Shown here: piece after piece, positions 25,601 through 39,457 of the stretch
Position numbering within the stretch: the first letter of the stretch is position 1
Layout: every line of letters begins with the position of its first letter
Source of the DNA: Toensbergia leucococca
Lineage: Eukaryota
Length of the DNA stretch: 64,000 bases
Direction of reading: 5' to 3'
Assembly: GCA_022813965.1 (NCBI GenBank)
Contig: JALDZS010000043.1
Span: forward strand, 1-64,000
Program-made: the position numbers and the translations under genes
Notes under the pieces: model-generated
The model's input: only the letters and a program-made list of their open reading frames with translations
Database searches by the model: none
Told to the model about the DNA's origin: nothing

Positions 25601-27606
25601 GAGGACCCAGAAAAGCTTCAGATACTAAGGACCTCTCTTGTGAGGAAAGGGGCTTGGACTGGTACCAAGGTTCAGATCAAACCAATGTTCCGCGATAGAA
25701 AAGCGCGACAATCTTCTGAGAGGCCAGCAGAAGTGACGATTGATAGCTCTTCCAGTGTCATTGTTCAAGTACCGGCAACAACTCAGGAAACATCTGATCT
25801 TACAAGATCTCCGACCAACAATGACACTTCGGCGGGTATCACACTATCCCGGTTTTCTGCGGCAGAGAATGATCTGATTCTTGATAAGTTGCAACTCATC
25901 ATAAAATGGGGTGGGGAACCTACCCACTCCGCTCGATATCAATCGCAAGACCTAGGCGAGAACATGAGGAATGATCTTTTATTAATGAACAAGGAAGCCT
26001 TTGAAGATGTTAGGATATTTACCAGCTCAGAAAGAAGAGTGAGAACAAGTGGTGGGTGAGGGTATTGCCGCTGTTTCAATCACCTTGCTAACTCATCCCA
26101 GCTCAAATATGGGCAGCATCTTTTCTCAAGCAACAAGACATTCCTGAAGATTTCATTTCTACCAGAAAAGACCTCTTAGATGATTCCAATGCCGCCAAGG
26201 ACGTCATGGATAAAGTGAAGAAGAAGCTCAAATTGTTACTTCGAGAGGGTCACAAAGCTCCACCTCAATTTGCCTGGCCTGAAAACATGCCGGAGCCATC
26301 AATAGTCGTGCGAAAAGTCGCTGAATTGATGAGATTTCACAGAAGAGTCATGAGGTACAATTTCAAAAAGCTTTATAGTGGTGCTGCGGCATCATTGACG
26401 GCTATCAAGAAACCAGTCGATAATGTGGTTACTGCAAATCCGAACCCTGCTGGGGCGCTCGCCCAAGCCCAAGCATTATCATCGATTCAGGCAAGATGGT
26501 GTAGTGGCGAAGACCCAGAGCTATTCAAGGAACGCTGGGAGAAACTCTTTTCGGAATTTTGCGATTCTGAAAAGGTTGATCCAAGCAAAATTTCCGAGCT
26601 TTACGACACCATGAAATTTGACGCTCTTCATAACAGGCAATTCCTTGAATGGGTGTTCACTCCTAGCAATGGCTTCCTCGAAGCTGAGGCTGCTTTAGAT
26701 GTCAAGAGTCCCCCAGATATGACTGGCCAAGAGTCAAAGTCTTCTGGGGAGCAGCGCAGCCGGAAGGGTAGTGATGCAACAGAAAAGGCAGCGGAGAAAG
26801 TGCCTAGTAATAATCTTGCCCAGCGCATTGGCCTGAGGAAGAAATCCGTGATAACCCCCCAATCGCCCCAGCCAAATACCGAAGAGGCTCAAGAGTCTTA
26901 TTTCAAGCTCTTCATGGGCAACGGGCAGACAAAGGCCAAGCAAGACGCTCGGCTAGGAAAGCTACGTGAGCTCTATCAACTCGCCAAGGTGCTTTTTGAC
27001 TTCGTCTGCCCGCAAGAGTATGGGATTGCCGATAGCGAAAAGCTAGAGATTGGTCTCCTAACATCTTTGCCTCTCCTAAAAGAAATCGTCAAAGACCTAG
27101 AAGAAGTACAGGCGTCGGATGATGCCAAGTCGTTCATCTATTTTACCAAGGAGTCCCACATATACACTCTTCTTAACTGCATTCTCGAGGGCGGCATCAA
27201 GCCCAAGATTGAGAGGAATTCGATCCCGGAGCTAGACTACCTCTCCCACATTTGCTTCGAGTTGTATGAAGCAGAGGACAAAGATGCGGACATGTTTGCA
27301 TACAGTATTCGCATCACTATTTCGCCTGGTTGTCACACTCTCGATCCTCTTGACGTGCAGCTTGACTCGAAGCATTCGATTGGGTGTGCGCCGAGAAGAA
27401 GTTTGACTGCCCATGCAGACTGGAAAGAGGTTATCGACACGCTTCGAGCAAAGTTTCATACGTACGTGATGGTTATCTCTCTTTCACACTTGAGGCTAAT
27501 AGACTACAGTGTAAAATTACCAAAGAGCTTTCTCGCTGTCAATTTGAGCGAGAGGCATGCCAGTGAGGCGGGAACAGAAGATGTCGGCGATAAGATGGAT
27601 GTCTGA
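22614..27606 (+). CDS. VIP1: Inositol hexakisphosphate / PP-InsP5 kinase (PPIP5K) with kinase and histidine-phosphatase domains, multi-exon
   Basis: [83 protein letters not shown]; Ser-rich N-terminal extension (start less certain). Confidence 0.96.
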
Positions 27607-29899
27607 TGTCAGGAAGTAGGCTTTGTGGAGTAATAACTATCAGTCCATTGCATCCACAAGGATTACACAAGTTTCAGGAACAAAGACTAATGCAATGTAT
27701 CAATATGCTTTTATGCTTGGACGGAGGTTCTCAACTGACATGCCTTTAATTGCAAACAGTAGAAATGGGTAGATCATGCTTGGTGGAGGGATGATATGAG
27801 GATATTGGAAGCATCTCTTTAATTGTAACATTGTTGATGTCGAACTCATCCTGCACTCTCGCATCAACCCATCCATGCAGCATCTTGATCATTTCCTACC
27901 GCGAGCTTTCATGTTCTTTAAAGTAATCCACGTAGGTACCAACAAACTACGACAGGTGTGGTCACCCTTTCTCGATCTCTTTGACCTCCCCCATCCATCT
28001 CTCTAATTCATAAACCCTGAGATAAAAACACATTTTCCCATCCTTACCTTTAGAAAGCAGACACCCACGAAATTTATTATGCCCCCCCCCAAAGAGCCCG
28101 ACAGGATAAAAAAGATGGGTAAGGACCTCCTTGGGAGTAAGTGCTTGCGATATCTTGTGAGGGTTTGTGGACTTGTGAGATAGCGCTTCATAACTCGAGA
28201 GGAAGCTGCCGCCCGGGGTACTAAGAACTAGTACCAGAGCTTGTAGACTTTTGACAGAATCTCAGCTCGTCGCGAGGTGGGAGCAGGGCTTTTTGGGTAA
28301 TGGGGTTGAGGTTGGTCGAGATAGATACGTTCTGGGAATGGGTAGAATAAGTTGTGATGTCTTGGTGTGACTTTTGTCGCTGCTTTCCATCTTTTCTTGC
28401 ACGGAAAAGCGGGGCTGTTGATTGAGTTTTTTTGTGAGGTGTGTGTTTTTGGGAGATTTTTGTACTTGGTTGGTAGGTGCGATGGAGGGCTGTCGCGTAG
28501 GTAGAGACGACCTTTGTGAATGTTTTTCGTGCTGGGATTTGTGGGTTGGGGTGGGGATTGGAGATGTGGTTGGTCTTGGCTGCGGGTTTGTGAGGGGGGT
28601 TCTTTTTGTGGTGGGTTCTTGGAGAGTGAGGGGAGGGGAGGGGAGGGGGGTTGTTTGGGATGGTGGGATTGGGGTTTTGGATGATTGGTGAGGCTTTGGG
28701 TGCTTTGTTGGAGGGAGGGGGGTTGAGAGTGAGGTTGGTGTGTTTGGGGCTTTGGGGGATTTTTTTACGGCTGGGGGTTTTTTGGGGGGGTTTTGTTGAT
28801 AGATGAAGTCAGTGAATATGGGTGTGGATGTGGTTGGTAGGGTGGTGTGATGAGGATATCAAGGTCGCATTCTCTATTTAAATCGATGCGGCCTTGTGCT
28901 AGCATGTGCATTTGTGTGTCCCTGACATGAGCGTTTGTTTACACGTGATTTATTGGGTGCTTTGTGTATGAGTAAATAGAGTGCTTGTTTTCTTGCCTAG
29001 AGTAGAGTGTAAAACTCAGTATTGGATATCTGAAGGCCGAAGTATACTGATTCAACAACATTGAAACCTTGAAAGGGGCTAGCTTTCATTTGACCAAGAC
29101 TCAAAGACTGGATATTAGAGCCTGGGTTATTACACTCCCTCTTTGTTGATCATACTTTCGAGCCCAATAGCCTTTAACCACGCATCCATAAAAGCCATGT
29201 ATCAAAGAGGGTATACCCCCAATCAGACAGGACTTGACACCCCAGCCACAAAACCTCGCGTCTAAATAGGGTCTTGAAACAACAGGGACAATCGATACAA
29301 GAATTAACGACGGGCATTAAGGTTTCTCTTAACGAGTGTGGCGATGAAGATGTGATTAAGCCAGATGGTAGGTTTGTGGGGAAGAAGCATAAGTAGGAGC
29401 GTCTTTTTGTCCCTTTTTCTTCTGTTCGTCCATTCTTTTTACTGGGTTAGTAGGATTCCTCTGTGCCTTTGTTCTTCTTTCTGTTCTTGGAGGTAGGTAT
29501 AGTAATACTTGCACCCTATGCTGGAGTGAAGAGTTGTAAGGGAAAGGAGGGTTCTGTAGGCTGATGTCCGTTGTGTATGTGTAGAATTGTTGATGATACG
29601 CATCTGAGCTGAGACGGAGCTAGGAGGAGAAGGAAGAGAGACCTTTTTCTTCATATTGGATGTACAATTCCCGGCGGCAAATTATCTCACTGATGTGCTT
29701 ATTTTCCTATCGTGTTTCCTGTCACCCGATCTGTGTGGTGAGGACTGGAGCCTTTAATGCTCTCCACCGAGTTCCTCGAATAAGTCGTCTCTCCCAGCCG
29801 TGTCCTGAGAACTGTTTGAGTGCGTCCAAGACTCCTTTCTTCTCGACAGAATTGGGATGTCTCAGCAGCGAGAGTGAGGTATAGAGCCTGAGGTATGTG

Positions 29900-30650
29900 A
29901 ATAGAACATCTAGAATGAAGGTATGATTGATGGTACTGGTAGCTAGGTGAATCCTTGCAGCAGAAGTGTTGGTATACTGCTCTCTCCACTTATTCTCTCA
30001 TAATTGTTTGTATACTCTCCTGCGTCAGGATGGGCTCTTTGCGCCTCGTTCTGTCTCCTATATACACAGCAATTTAGCTACCCGTCCTATGACTAGACGA
30101 GAACGTGAGACTATAATTTTTCTTTGAATTGAAGATGCGGTTATTAGTCAGTTGGAACTCCATTCTCTCAACAAGATCTGTCTCTGAGCTTTCGGAGTAG
30201 AATTGATACTCCGAGGACGTGAGTAGAAGAGTGTGAACTTCTCGGGATGAAAGCAGGATGGATGATACTGGCAGTACGGTGGATGCTTACAGCCAATGCG
30301 TAAGAACGCCGTTTCCTCCTTTCCTTCTCCTTTCTTCCCTTGTACATTCTCCTTTATTATGACGGGCGCTCCGCACTTCGTCACATCTTCTATAAATACT
30401 GCCTCTACGCACTATCGTTCCTTCTAAGAGCCATCCTTCTCCTCAAAAGCGTCTTTGTATAAATTGGAGCCATCGACAACAGACAGGATGAAAATGAGGA
30501 TCCAAAGCAACGATTGAGGACCGGAAGCTCTAGGGAGTGAACACGAGGTTATGAATAGAAAGCCGTGAACCTCCAGAGATGAACACATGATTGACAGCAA
30601 CGATATTGTGAATGCCGGCAGAAAGTGCATAAGTACGCTGCTCTTTCCCA
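29900..30650 (-). repeat. Highly diverged ~320-nt period repeat (3 recognisable copies), probably a decayed protein repeat
   Basis: Minus strand ctgcaaggattcacctagctaccagtaccatcaatcataccttcat vs ctgtaagcatccaccgtactgccagtatcatccatcctgctttcat; third copy translates ALSAGIHNIVAVNHVFI vs ALAVSIHRTASIIHPAFI. Confidence 0.5.
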
Positions 30651-33600
30651 TCTCAACTTCCTTCTCGATACCAACTACTCAGTCGTCTTCCTCCATCCCC
30701 TTTACCTTCTTTCCTTTCTTCTTATACATAAGACACCTTCCCTCCTCAGATACTAAGGCTAGTATGCACTCTGTGTCTTGTTTGACAGTAGCTCTCGTCT
30801 GATTGTACCATTGAAGTTTACTGAGATAGCTTGATAAGAAGAAGGTATAAGAGTATCTGCATCTATCGAATGGGGCTTTGCCTTGTCGACCTGAGAAGAC
30901 CAATCCCTCTGAGACGTTGAGGTTGATGGACTGAATACTCGGAGGTGAGTTAGACTTCTCTACCCGAGCACAATCGACCTTCGCAGCATGGGGAGACTCA
31001 CTTTCTTAGCTAGGACAGGAAGTGTGATGATGGATATACTCAGAGGTGACTCAACCTCCTCAGGCAGAGTAGAGTCGAACTCCTTAGCATGTGCAAGGAT
31101 AAGAGGATTTCCCAACCTGAGATTTGGCTTACTCTCTCGGCCTGAGGAGCCTCAAGCTCTAGATTCCACAGGTAATAGCAAGGAGTACCTCCTTCAGAGA
31201 GCCAGCTGGAATGCTTTTATACGGCTCCGTCAAGACAAGGGAGAAGGCTTAACGGAAGTCAAATTTCGGTGACAATGAGCCCAATTGTAAATCTTACTTA
31301 TCCCCTTTATCTTCCTTATCCTCCTCTACCATTTTAAAGACTGCGGGGTGTGCCCTCTGCCACACCGGATCCATTCACCTCGCTTCGCCTTGCCACACAA
31401 ACTCAGGATATCGGATGGAAGGCCAAGAGTGAATAAATACCGCTAACCATCGCCTCCTTTTTTCACACAAACCATCACCATCACCATCACAACATAACAT
31501 CACACGACATCCATGTCAACTCTTTAGAAGTCTCCTTTCTTTAAGTATCATCTTGGTTTGAGCTGCCATATCCACAAGGCACTTCCTTTGTAGTTGCTTG
31601 ATTCTTTAAAGGTTGGTCTTGACGCGTTGAAAAGGCTTGGGCTTCTGCCTGACGACCACCATGACCTGTGTTTGACGGTATCGGATAGTCACTGTCAGAC
31701 ACTGCTCCTGTTGCCTTCCACAAGAGGTTTGTATATCTTCATCTATCCTTTGTATGCTGGCTGACAGACTTAGGCAACCTTGTGGGTACATCGTTACCCA
31801 CGCTCACCACTGGGCCTGGAGTACAAATCTCCTGATTGCGACCGTAGCACTAATCTAATACTTTAAGTCCCGATCAAGATGTCAGAGGCTCCTATCCTTG
31901 GGCTCCTGACACCAAAGACCTGTAGAATTCTTCCCACCTTCGCCGTCGTGGTGGAGCTCATTTCTCTTCAAGACAAAACACGCTAAGTAAGTAGGATTCC
32001 TTTCCACTTCGATCGTGGTGCTGAAGCTCCACCGTCTTCAAGATAAAGCATGACATCTTCTCAAGCTCACCTACTTTAATAGTTGGTACGGTCTTTCCTC
32101 ACATGTAATGTACAGCTTTGATAGCTAACATTTGAAGAGCAGGGACCCACACTCTGGGAAAATGTCCAGACTGATGTCTTACCTGCCCAAGACACTTCTT
32201 ATTGCGACCGGGGATCAAATGTTGACTCCGATTCTGTATTTTTTTCCTTTATCAAAGCACAACATTGTCTTCTTCTGTCTTGAGCCAGCAGCATCCGAGC
32301 AATGTCACTGAGCCTCCAGAGACTATACTCACAGAGTAGAGATGCACTGTCAGACATCAGTAATAGCTGGATGTCTCTTCCAGTCAAGAAATTCTTCTGA
32401 TTGCGACCGGAGAGAAGTATGTAGCCTCTAAGACTCGATTATCTCTCTGCATCCCTGGTTCGTACCTCCTCTCTGTACACATACCTACCGCGTTAACAAC
32501 TCTAAAGACCACGACTTAGAAGATGCATCGTCCACCAGAAGAAGCTCAGAAGACACACAAGTGGAAGAGCAAGTGCGAACATTCCTCGATTCTCTATCCC
32601 TTCCTTGCCTTCCCTTTACACTTCTATCAGCACTTCCCTCACCCCTCTCGCAAATACAATACTCGGCCCTGCAACAGCATTCCTAGATCTTCGAGCCGCA
32701 GGCTGAGCTCGTATTCGAGCACCGATGACCAGACTTAGCAGTGGTAAAGTCTAACCTTAGTCGTCCTGCGAAGACAATGTACTTATCAACGGCAACCAAT
32801 CCTTTCTCGACCAAGAATCCAGCCCAAGCAGAAGACCAGTTTTCTTGGCCTTATTACCAGTGTTGTAATCGAGATGAGCCATTTGATATCCACCAAGACA
32901 CTGCTCGTTACCATCAGTCATATGGTCAAGAGAAGAGACACGTCGACGGCACGGTACTTGCTCAGCTAAGATTGCCCACCTGGACAGCCATAAATCTGTG
33001 TGCTCAAGCTCATCACAAGATCTGTTCTTCGATTCTAGATAGAGGAACAAAAGAAGAAGTATACGGCGAAGATGAAGCAAGTAGATATTATTTCATCCAT
33101 ACATTACTCATAAGAGAGACTGTTGCATCAAGAGAACGCCGCAGACTGAAAGTAAATAGTCTCTGATAAACAACTTCTATACACCGGCGTATTGGAGATA
33201 CGTCTTCATAGACTCTGACAGGTTTATCACAAACCTACCGTGGTTGAGTAGTCTTTGAAATCAAAAAGACCGAAAGCTTTCGAAGAACATACCGGACGAC
33301 AGCGAACGAGAGGCGTGTTGTTTCGGATCTTTTCCAGAGTGCCGCTCATAAATTTCACGCTCGTCGCTTCGAATCTGGACTTGTGGCTGGTATTACCATT
33401 GCCTCCTCCTCGAGCGACGATTCTTGTTTCTTCTCTCCTCTGGTTCCATCTTGGACCGAGTATTCGCCTACAGGAGACTCGATGGCAGCAGTACACAAGA
33501 AGCCTTACAAGGCTCAGACTTCTCGAGGCTTTGGTCAACTACCAAAGGACAGTTAGTTTGCTATGAATGTTAAGATTTCTCAACACTAACTTCACACACG

Positions 33601-34392
33601 CTCAACATAACCTACCTTCGTTCGGTCTTTGAACGCTAGGGCGATGATCCCGCGATGTGCGGAGTAAATACCTGGATATCTAGAATATATTGAGCTGCCA
33701 TCATAACACAAATGTGTTGTGTCCAGTGAATACCACCTCCAGTGGTGGAATTAACACCTGCATATCACTTATCACTCAGCCAAACTCACCAACAGACACA
33801 ACATCTCTTGCACACACCATCAAGATTCGATTTAGCCTTGACATACCTTTTTTCGAGGAGCGTGCATATTCGCCACTGTGATTTGGAAAAAACCTTTTCC
33901 GCAGGCAGAAATCGACCACTAAGGGCTTTGATGCATACCACTTGAAGCAGGAGATAACAATCTTCTCGGATCTGGGTTTAAACCAAGTCTCTGATCCAGA
34001 AGGAAGATATTACCAGCAGAGCGGGTAGATACAAAGCCTGAGAATACTCTGTCTTCGACTGGCTTTCCAGCAATGGCACCACCAAGGGTACCTCGTAATG
34101 TAAGTGCTTCCTTTATTTTTACTTACTGTCCAAGTTCGGAGAGAGGAAGATTCATCTTTTGAGAGCGCATGTCCTGTCGTTCTGGCCCTTTGAAGGTGTT
34201 GCGGTAGCAAAGCATCATTGAGTGTTAAGAAGACTTTTGAAAATTTGGTGCTCTCTCATACTTTTCTTCCCCCTCGGTTTTTTTGCATAATCTGCTTTTG
34301 TCATTCATGATTCCTATCATTATTGACATCGCCGCATTGCGTATCGCGGATTTAACTTTCACAAGTCTGGCTGACATCTATCTTGCAAACAG

Positions 34393-34854
34393 ACAACTTC
34401 CTGGATTGAAGAGGAAGATCAGTTTCTCATCGATGCAACAATGCGCGGGTTAGACCGTCGACAAATAACAGCTCAACTTCCTGGAAGATACTTACGTACC
34501 TACAATGGAGTATCACACCGCTTCACCACTATGAAAGCTGAAGGTCGACTGACCAACAATTGGGGTCTAAACATTGGACCATACGATACCACCCCGTACT
34601 CTCTGGAAGAAGACATGGAGTTAATGGAGTGGCATTGCATGGGCCGAAAAGGGTTCGACGTCGGTACATTTGACAAGAACAGAAGCGCTAAAGGGATGAG
34701 ACGGCGCCTTGATTGGCTCCTGAGGTACCGGAACCAAGTAAGAGTTGCGGAGTCGCTGCAGTCGGAGATGCAGAGAGAATTCGAAGAGGCCATGTGGCAG
34801 GAGGAAATTGCGGCGGGGAGGATGAGCCCGTTCAGTAATAGTGATAGTGATTAG
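34393..34854 (+). CDS. Tandem Myb/SANT-like domain protein (open exon; 5' exon not resolved)
   Basis: After branch ctgac and acceptor cag (34392): SWIEEEDQFLIDATMRGLDRRQITAQLPGRYLRTYNGVSHRF, then second repeat PYSLEEDMELMEW..NRSAKGMRRRL. Confidence 0.65.
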   Translation, partial: TTSWIEEEDQFLIDATMRGLDRRQITAQLPGRYLRTYNGVSHRFTTMKAEGRLTNNWGLNIGPYDTTPYSLEEDMELMEWHCMGRKGFDVGTFDKNRSAKGMRRRLDWLLRYRNQVRVAESLQSEMQREFEEAMWQEEIAAGRMSPFSNSDSD

Positions 34855-35780
34855 TGAGTAAGAAGTCCGATGGAAGACACTTCTACTGATATGTGCTAAT
34901 TACTCGCTAATTGCAGAGCGTGAGCGTGAGAGAATGTCTCGCAGGAATAGCCCTACCTCCACCAGTAACACTGGTGGTCGCGTCAAAACTTTCTGTTCTT
35001 TTTCAGGCTCCGAGGACCCGATCATATACTCCAGATTCAAAATAATCGCCATGACGGCCAGAGACCGTTGAGGGCATTATGCCCTGAGAGAAGGATGGTC
35101 CGCTGGGGGTGAAAACGAGGTCAAGTCTGGAGGTTCAACATTGGACGAGCCACTCAGAAGATATATGGATGAAAGTGCACATCGACCAAGTGCATACCTC
35201 GAAAAGATAATCGTGTTCTCATCAATCCGTGTCTGAGCTTCGCCTTTGAAATGTTCAAGCTGTGAGTCGATATCTTCTCAGAATAGCCCTGATTCTGATT
35301 CCGATTTCGCGGAAAGAGGCGGTCATACGTCTTTCTTCTCGAGAAGATCATGTCAATCTTCTCATTTAAGATTTTCCCCCTGCAGACGAGGAGACGTTTC
35401 CGCCATACGCACGCTGCTCTCATCCAGATAAAAAAAAAGAGTTCGGGAGAGTGTCATTTCGCGTCTTCTTCCATACGCCCCTTTTCAACCATTTCGGAAG
35501 TCCAGAAAGCTCCAGCTAGCTGGTGATAATGATACCTTACCAGAAGGACGAGAACCAGAAAAAAAGTAGGGCGGGCAGAGGAGTCTCGTTCTATACTGCT
35601 CATTCAGAATCGACATATCTGAAGCGCGATCCCTGGCTAGCCTGTGATCTCTGCTCAAGTACCTGGCTGTGGATTGAGGAAGAGGTTGATGATGCTCTCA
35701 AGCCTTGACAGTCATTCAACTCTCTCTCATCTACCCCGAGCGAAATATACGCGCCCGTGTACGAGCGGTTCTGGCTCTCG

Positions 35781-35895
35781 CTGTTTCCCTTTCTTTTGGC
35801 TTGCTTTCTTTCGCCTCACTTTTTGTCTTTGTGCTTCTTTGGAGTCCTCAAGTGGGATAGTACACTTCTGTCTCCCTCCTTAGCCTTGTAGCTGG
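35781..35895. repeat. Dispersed ~115-nt duplication, copy 1 (copy 2 at 41825-41943)
   Basis: Shared tttctttcgcc..ctttgtgcttctt.ggag..tgggat.g.acactt..ccctc.ttagccttgta; minus strand reads TPKKHKDKK*GERKQ vs APKKHKGRKQGERNQ. Confidence 0.8.
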
Positions 35896-36601
35896 AATTC
35901 GTGGATTTTGGAGCGTCCCTGGCAGAAATTGACGATACTTGCGCCTTCTCGACAATGGCTGCTTCATCACATCAGGACTAAAGCAGCCGTTCCATTTGTG
36001 CCAAACGATCGCTCTGCAACAGACCGGGTCGCGGAATCCCGAGGAGTAAATACCCGGCCTTTGAGAAACCTCTCATTAACTCACATAGTACTTTGATGTG
36101 AACACGCACACATCAAAAATGAGCATCAACAGAACCATAAAGCAAGCATGTCACATCACCAGGCGTGGCGACGCTATTCCGATTGAGTACCTGGCACGGG
36201 ATTCGATCCAATATCTCGTGTTCTGCAGCTACGGTCCGACGGCTTCACTGGGCTGTTAAAAGCTCAAAAGTAGTGACGGGATGCCGAGTAAACAAGCAAC
36301 GTAGCATAAGATATCCGAAGGAACGCTTAACCTACGAAGTAGGCGCTCAATTGATACTGCCAGCATCGCTATCTCCCTCCTTAGCCTTGTGATGCTCACG
36401 ATAGCGCGTTCCAGAGTGTGTCGGGATAACGCAAGCTGCACATTCCCCATTCAAAGGGCGTATAATTTATACTGCTATATCACTGCTTAGCCTCATTGTA
36501 CTCACAATTTTGACCAGCAGTCATCTTAACATGAATCAAACAGGGTCCTTCGGCTCGTCGATGCCATTTCGAGAAGAGGAGTCATCTGTATCTCCTCCTG
36601 C

Positions 36602-36660
36602 GACCGAAGAAAGCCGGACCAGTTTCTTCAAGAAGAGGCAGATCGCAAGGCCAGGGTCGA
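36602..36660. repeat. Dispersed 59-nt near-identical duplication, copy 1 (copy 2 at 47955-48013)
   Basis: gaccgaagaaagccggaccagtttcttc[a/g]agaagaggcagatcgcaaggccagggt[c/t]ga, 57/59 identical. Confidence 0.95.
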
Positions 36661-36789
36661 TGGGATGATCCATTCAAAGCATGACACACAAAAGTACTAT
36701 AAGTCAACCGATTCGACACGAAACACCACTAGTAATGGTGACAGAGCTTTGTGCCTCGATCTCCGCCATCCAGCTATGGGGTATCAAAG

Positions 36790-37000
36790 GCATCGCCTGA
36801 GCACCTGATGAAAGCACCGAGAGTGTTGAGACCATAATCGAGGCGACTATGGGATCGAGCAACGCTGGAAGTGACAGACGAGAGGCTGCCCGGCGTTTTG
36901 AGGGACGACCGAGCTTTGGAGATAACATAGCTTGGGCTTTACTCCTCGAGCAAATCGAAAACTGCGACTGTTTTCGGCACAGCCAAGCAAAGCGATAGAT
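36790..37000 (+). pseudogene. Decayed paralog of the 34393 Myb-like gene
   Basis: A*APDES..IIEATMG..DRREAARRFEGR aligns by eye to SWIEEED..LIDATMRG.DRRQITAQLPGR, with TGA (36798) at the Trp position. Confidence 0.45.
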
Positions 37001-37610
37001 TACAATTCACAGTGAAAAACCGTGATACCAACAACGTCTCCGAATTGACCATATCTCTTCAAATAAGAACGTATTTGGTTTCCTAGTTGAGCAATTTGAA
37101 TCCTGGTCACTTGCCCTAGTAACAGCCAAAGCGAGAGAAAGAGCGTGAGATGTGGAATCGACGTGTATGGTGCCAACAGCCGGTAAACATCCACGACGGA
37201 TTCTCTGGGGGCACTCTCTCCACGATCGCGACGCCGGACAATATCGATGAGTATCTCAAAAGGCGCAGTTTCCTCCCGGGCAATGAGCCTTCGGGGAGTT
37301 CCAATTGTCTACAGAGTCAGCCTCATGCGGCTTTTCATTTTGCTTCTTCTTTCTCTGTCGGAAACATACAGGAGCAACAAGAACACCTGGTGTATGTATG
37401 GCATCCGAAAAGACCACAAACTCGAAGGGGATCCGAATGTGGAAATAGACAGAAGAAGGCGTTCTGATGTACTATAATTCGGAGAAGGGTTTCTCTCGCG
37501 AAGAGCCCTGACGGCCAGTAATACCGCCAATCCTCATCGCACGGGTAAAGCAATGCCACAGCCCCCAGATTGAGCCAGAAAACGATGCTCTCAAGCCCGT
37601 GAAGGTCGCA

Positions 37611-38001
37611 ATGCCAACAGCAAACTGTGGATGTGCATCAATGTCGACCGAGCCGCAGAGGCCAATGTAGCAAGATATCTATCTTTATATATTTTTGACT
37701 CCTCGAAGTTCGAGGTCGGTACATACCAAACACAAGAATAACTCGAGGTCATTGCGGGTACAACTAGAAGATTGGGTGGATGATGATTTATATGAAGGAA
37801 AAAGAAGGGGATTTCTTTCTCTATCTGTGTCTCAAGTCGACCGAGCATTTTGGACTCCTCGAAGTTCGGGGTCGGTATATATGAAAAACAAGACCAATTC
37901 CAGGTCATTGCGACCCCTGGATTAACTGCTGGGGGTCAACAGCAAACTCTGGATGTGCCTCATTGTCGACCGAGCCGCAGAAATCAAAGGAGCAAGTACC
38001 T
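37611..38001 (+). repeat. Degenerate tandem repeat of ~160-nt units
   Basis: caacagcaaact.tggatgtgc.tca.tgtcgaccgagccgcaga twice; gactcctcgaagttcg.ggtcggta.ata twice (FDSSKFEVGTYQTQE*LEVIA vs LDSSKFGVGIYEKQDQFQVIA). Confidence 0.85.
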
Positions 38002-38919
38002 GATACTGAAGAATAGATCAAATGATCATGTGTCGAGCACAGAAGAAACCCACACTTGAAGAATTAGAATGGGGCTCCTCATCTAATTCTGAGTCAGCGA
38101 AGTCGAGCTCAATATTCATATTCGACAAGCTCATTTCGATGTAATCGCGCGAGGAGGAGGGGGAAGCATTTACCAAGGATCACCCTGCAGTGAAGAGTTT
38201 CGTGCAGACTTACCTCATTGATAGGCATTTCCTGGAAAGCTGAAAGCCTACTCTCGTGGCATCTAACCAACGATAAGCGAATCCTCTTCAATACTCCATC
38301 GTTGGCTTTTCAGTTGCATCGGCTGTCCAGGCCGGAAGACACTTATTTAGTCGCGAGGGCACCCATCCAATGACGGGTCTGCTTCTTGCAAGAGTCGAGA
38401 CGAGGGCCTGAGAGAAGTGGCAACTCTCGAGAAGCATGTAATTGCGCAAGGATGAGTGTACCGAAGAAGAGAAGAAAGTCCTTGAGAAATAAAAGAAATT
38501 CCGAGAAGCGAAGAAGTGTTTGTCTTCTTCCCCCTTATTCTTAAACAACCTTCCACTGAATAGCTGTCAAGAAGAATAAAACGACAGACCCGCTGTCCAA
38601 AGCTGATGGGTTCTACAAAACATGCTAATAAGCAGCGATGGAAAGGTTTATAAGGACTCTCAACGACGACATCGAATACCTGAGAAGGAGCGGTATTTGA
38701 CACACCAGCCAAGCTTTTCATGAAATTTCGGCAATGGGAGATCACTCGAGGGCCAGATTGCCACTTCGAAAAGATGGAAAGATTACATTTATTCTGCTCT
38801 GCTTTCTTTTGTGCTTTGAAGTCTTAGATTTTGTATTCTTCGGAGCCACTCCCGGACGAGTATGATACACAATCGTATTACTGCTACGGCTGGTTGTCAA
38901 GACGGTGTCATTGACCTCC

Positions 38920-39147
38920 CGAGGTAGAAGAGTTGGAGAGGCAGATCCAACACGTTCATGGCCGTCACTCTGCAACAGCTACAAGTCGTCGTGGCCAATA
39001 TCGTCTGCGGACTTGTCGAGATCCAGTGCTGAGTTTAACACGGGGCTGGTAGGAGTAGTGAGAAGTGTGTTCTGCTGAATCGAGATGTTTGCTGACGAGG
39101 TAGAAAGAAGAGTTGGAGAGGCAAATCCAACGCGTTCATGGCCAGTC
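38920..39147. repeat. ~45-nt direct repeat, ~180 nt apart
   Basis: agaagagttggagaggca[g/a]atccaac[a/g]cgttcatggcc at ~38926 and ~39106. Confidence 0.9.
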
Positions 39148-39157
39148 TTAATTCCGC

Positions 39158-39457
39158 TCATTTGGGATTAGGACACGTAGGTGCGTTTGTGGCGTAGGCT
39201 TCCCAATTGCGCGGACTTTCTATCAGACGCGAACGGTCTCCTCCTGGATCTTCTTGCAGGTGAGGCGCAAAGACGCTGGTCACCCAAAAGTCCGTCTCCA
39301 ACATCTCCCTCTCTTCCAGACTATAAGCCCCGGATTCGACGACAAAAGAGCGTTCAGAGCGGCCGCTGATGCTGCACTGTTGCTTGAGCCAGTCATCATA
39401 TGACAATCCACGACCTTCAAACATCACACTCTCAACAGTCTCTAGATCATCGACCAT
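39158..39457 (-). pseudogene. Probable decayed Myb-like paralog
   Basis: FEGRGLSY..GAYSLEEREML resembles LPGRYLRTY..TPYSLEEDMEL of the 34393 gene. Confidence 0.35.
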
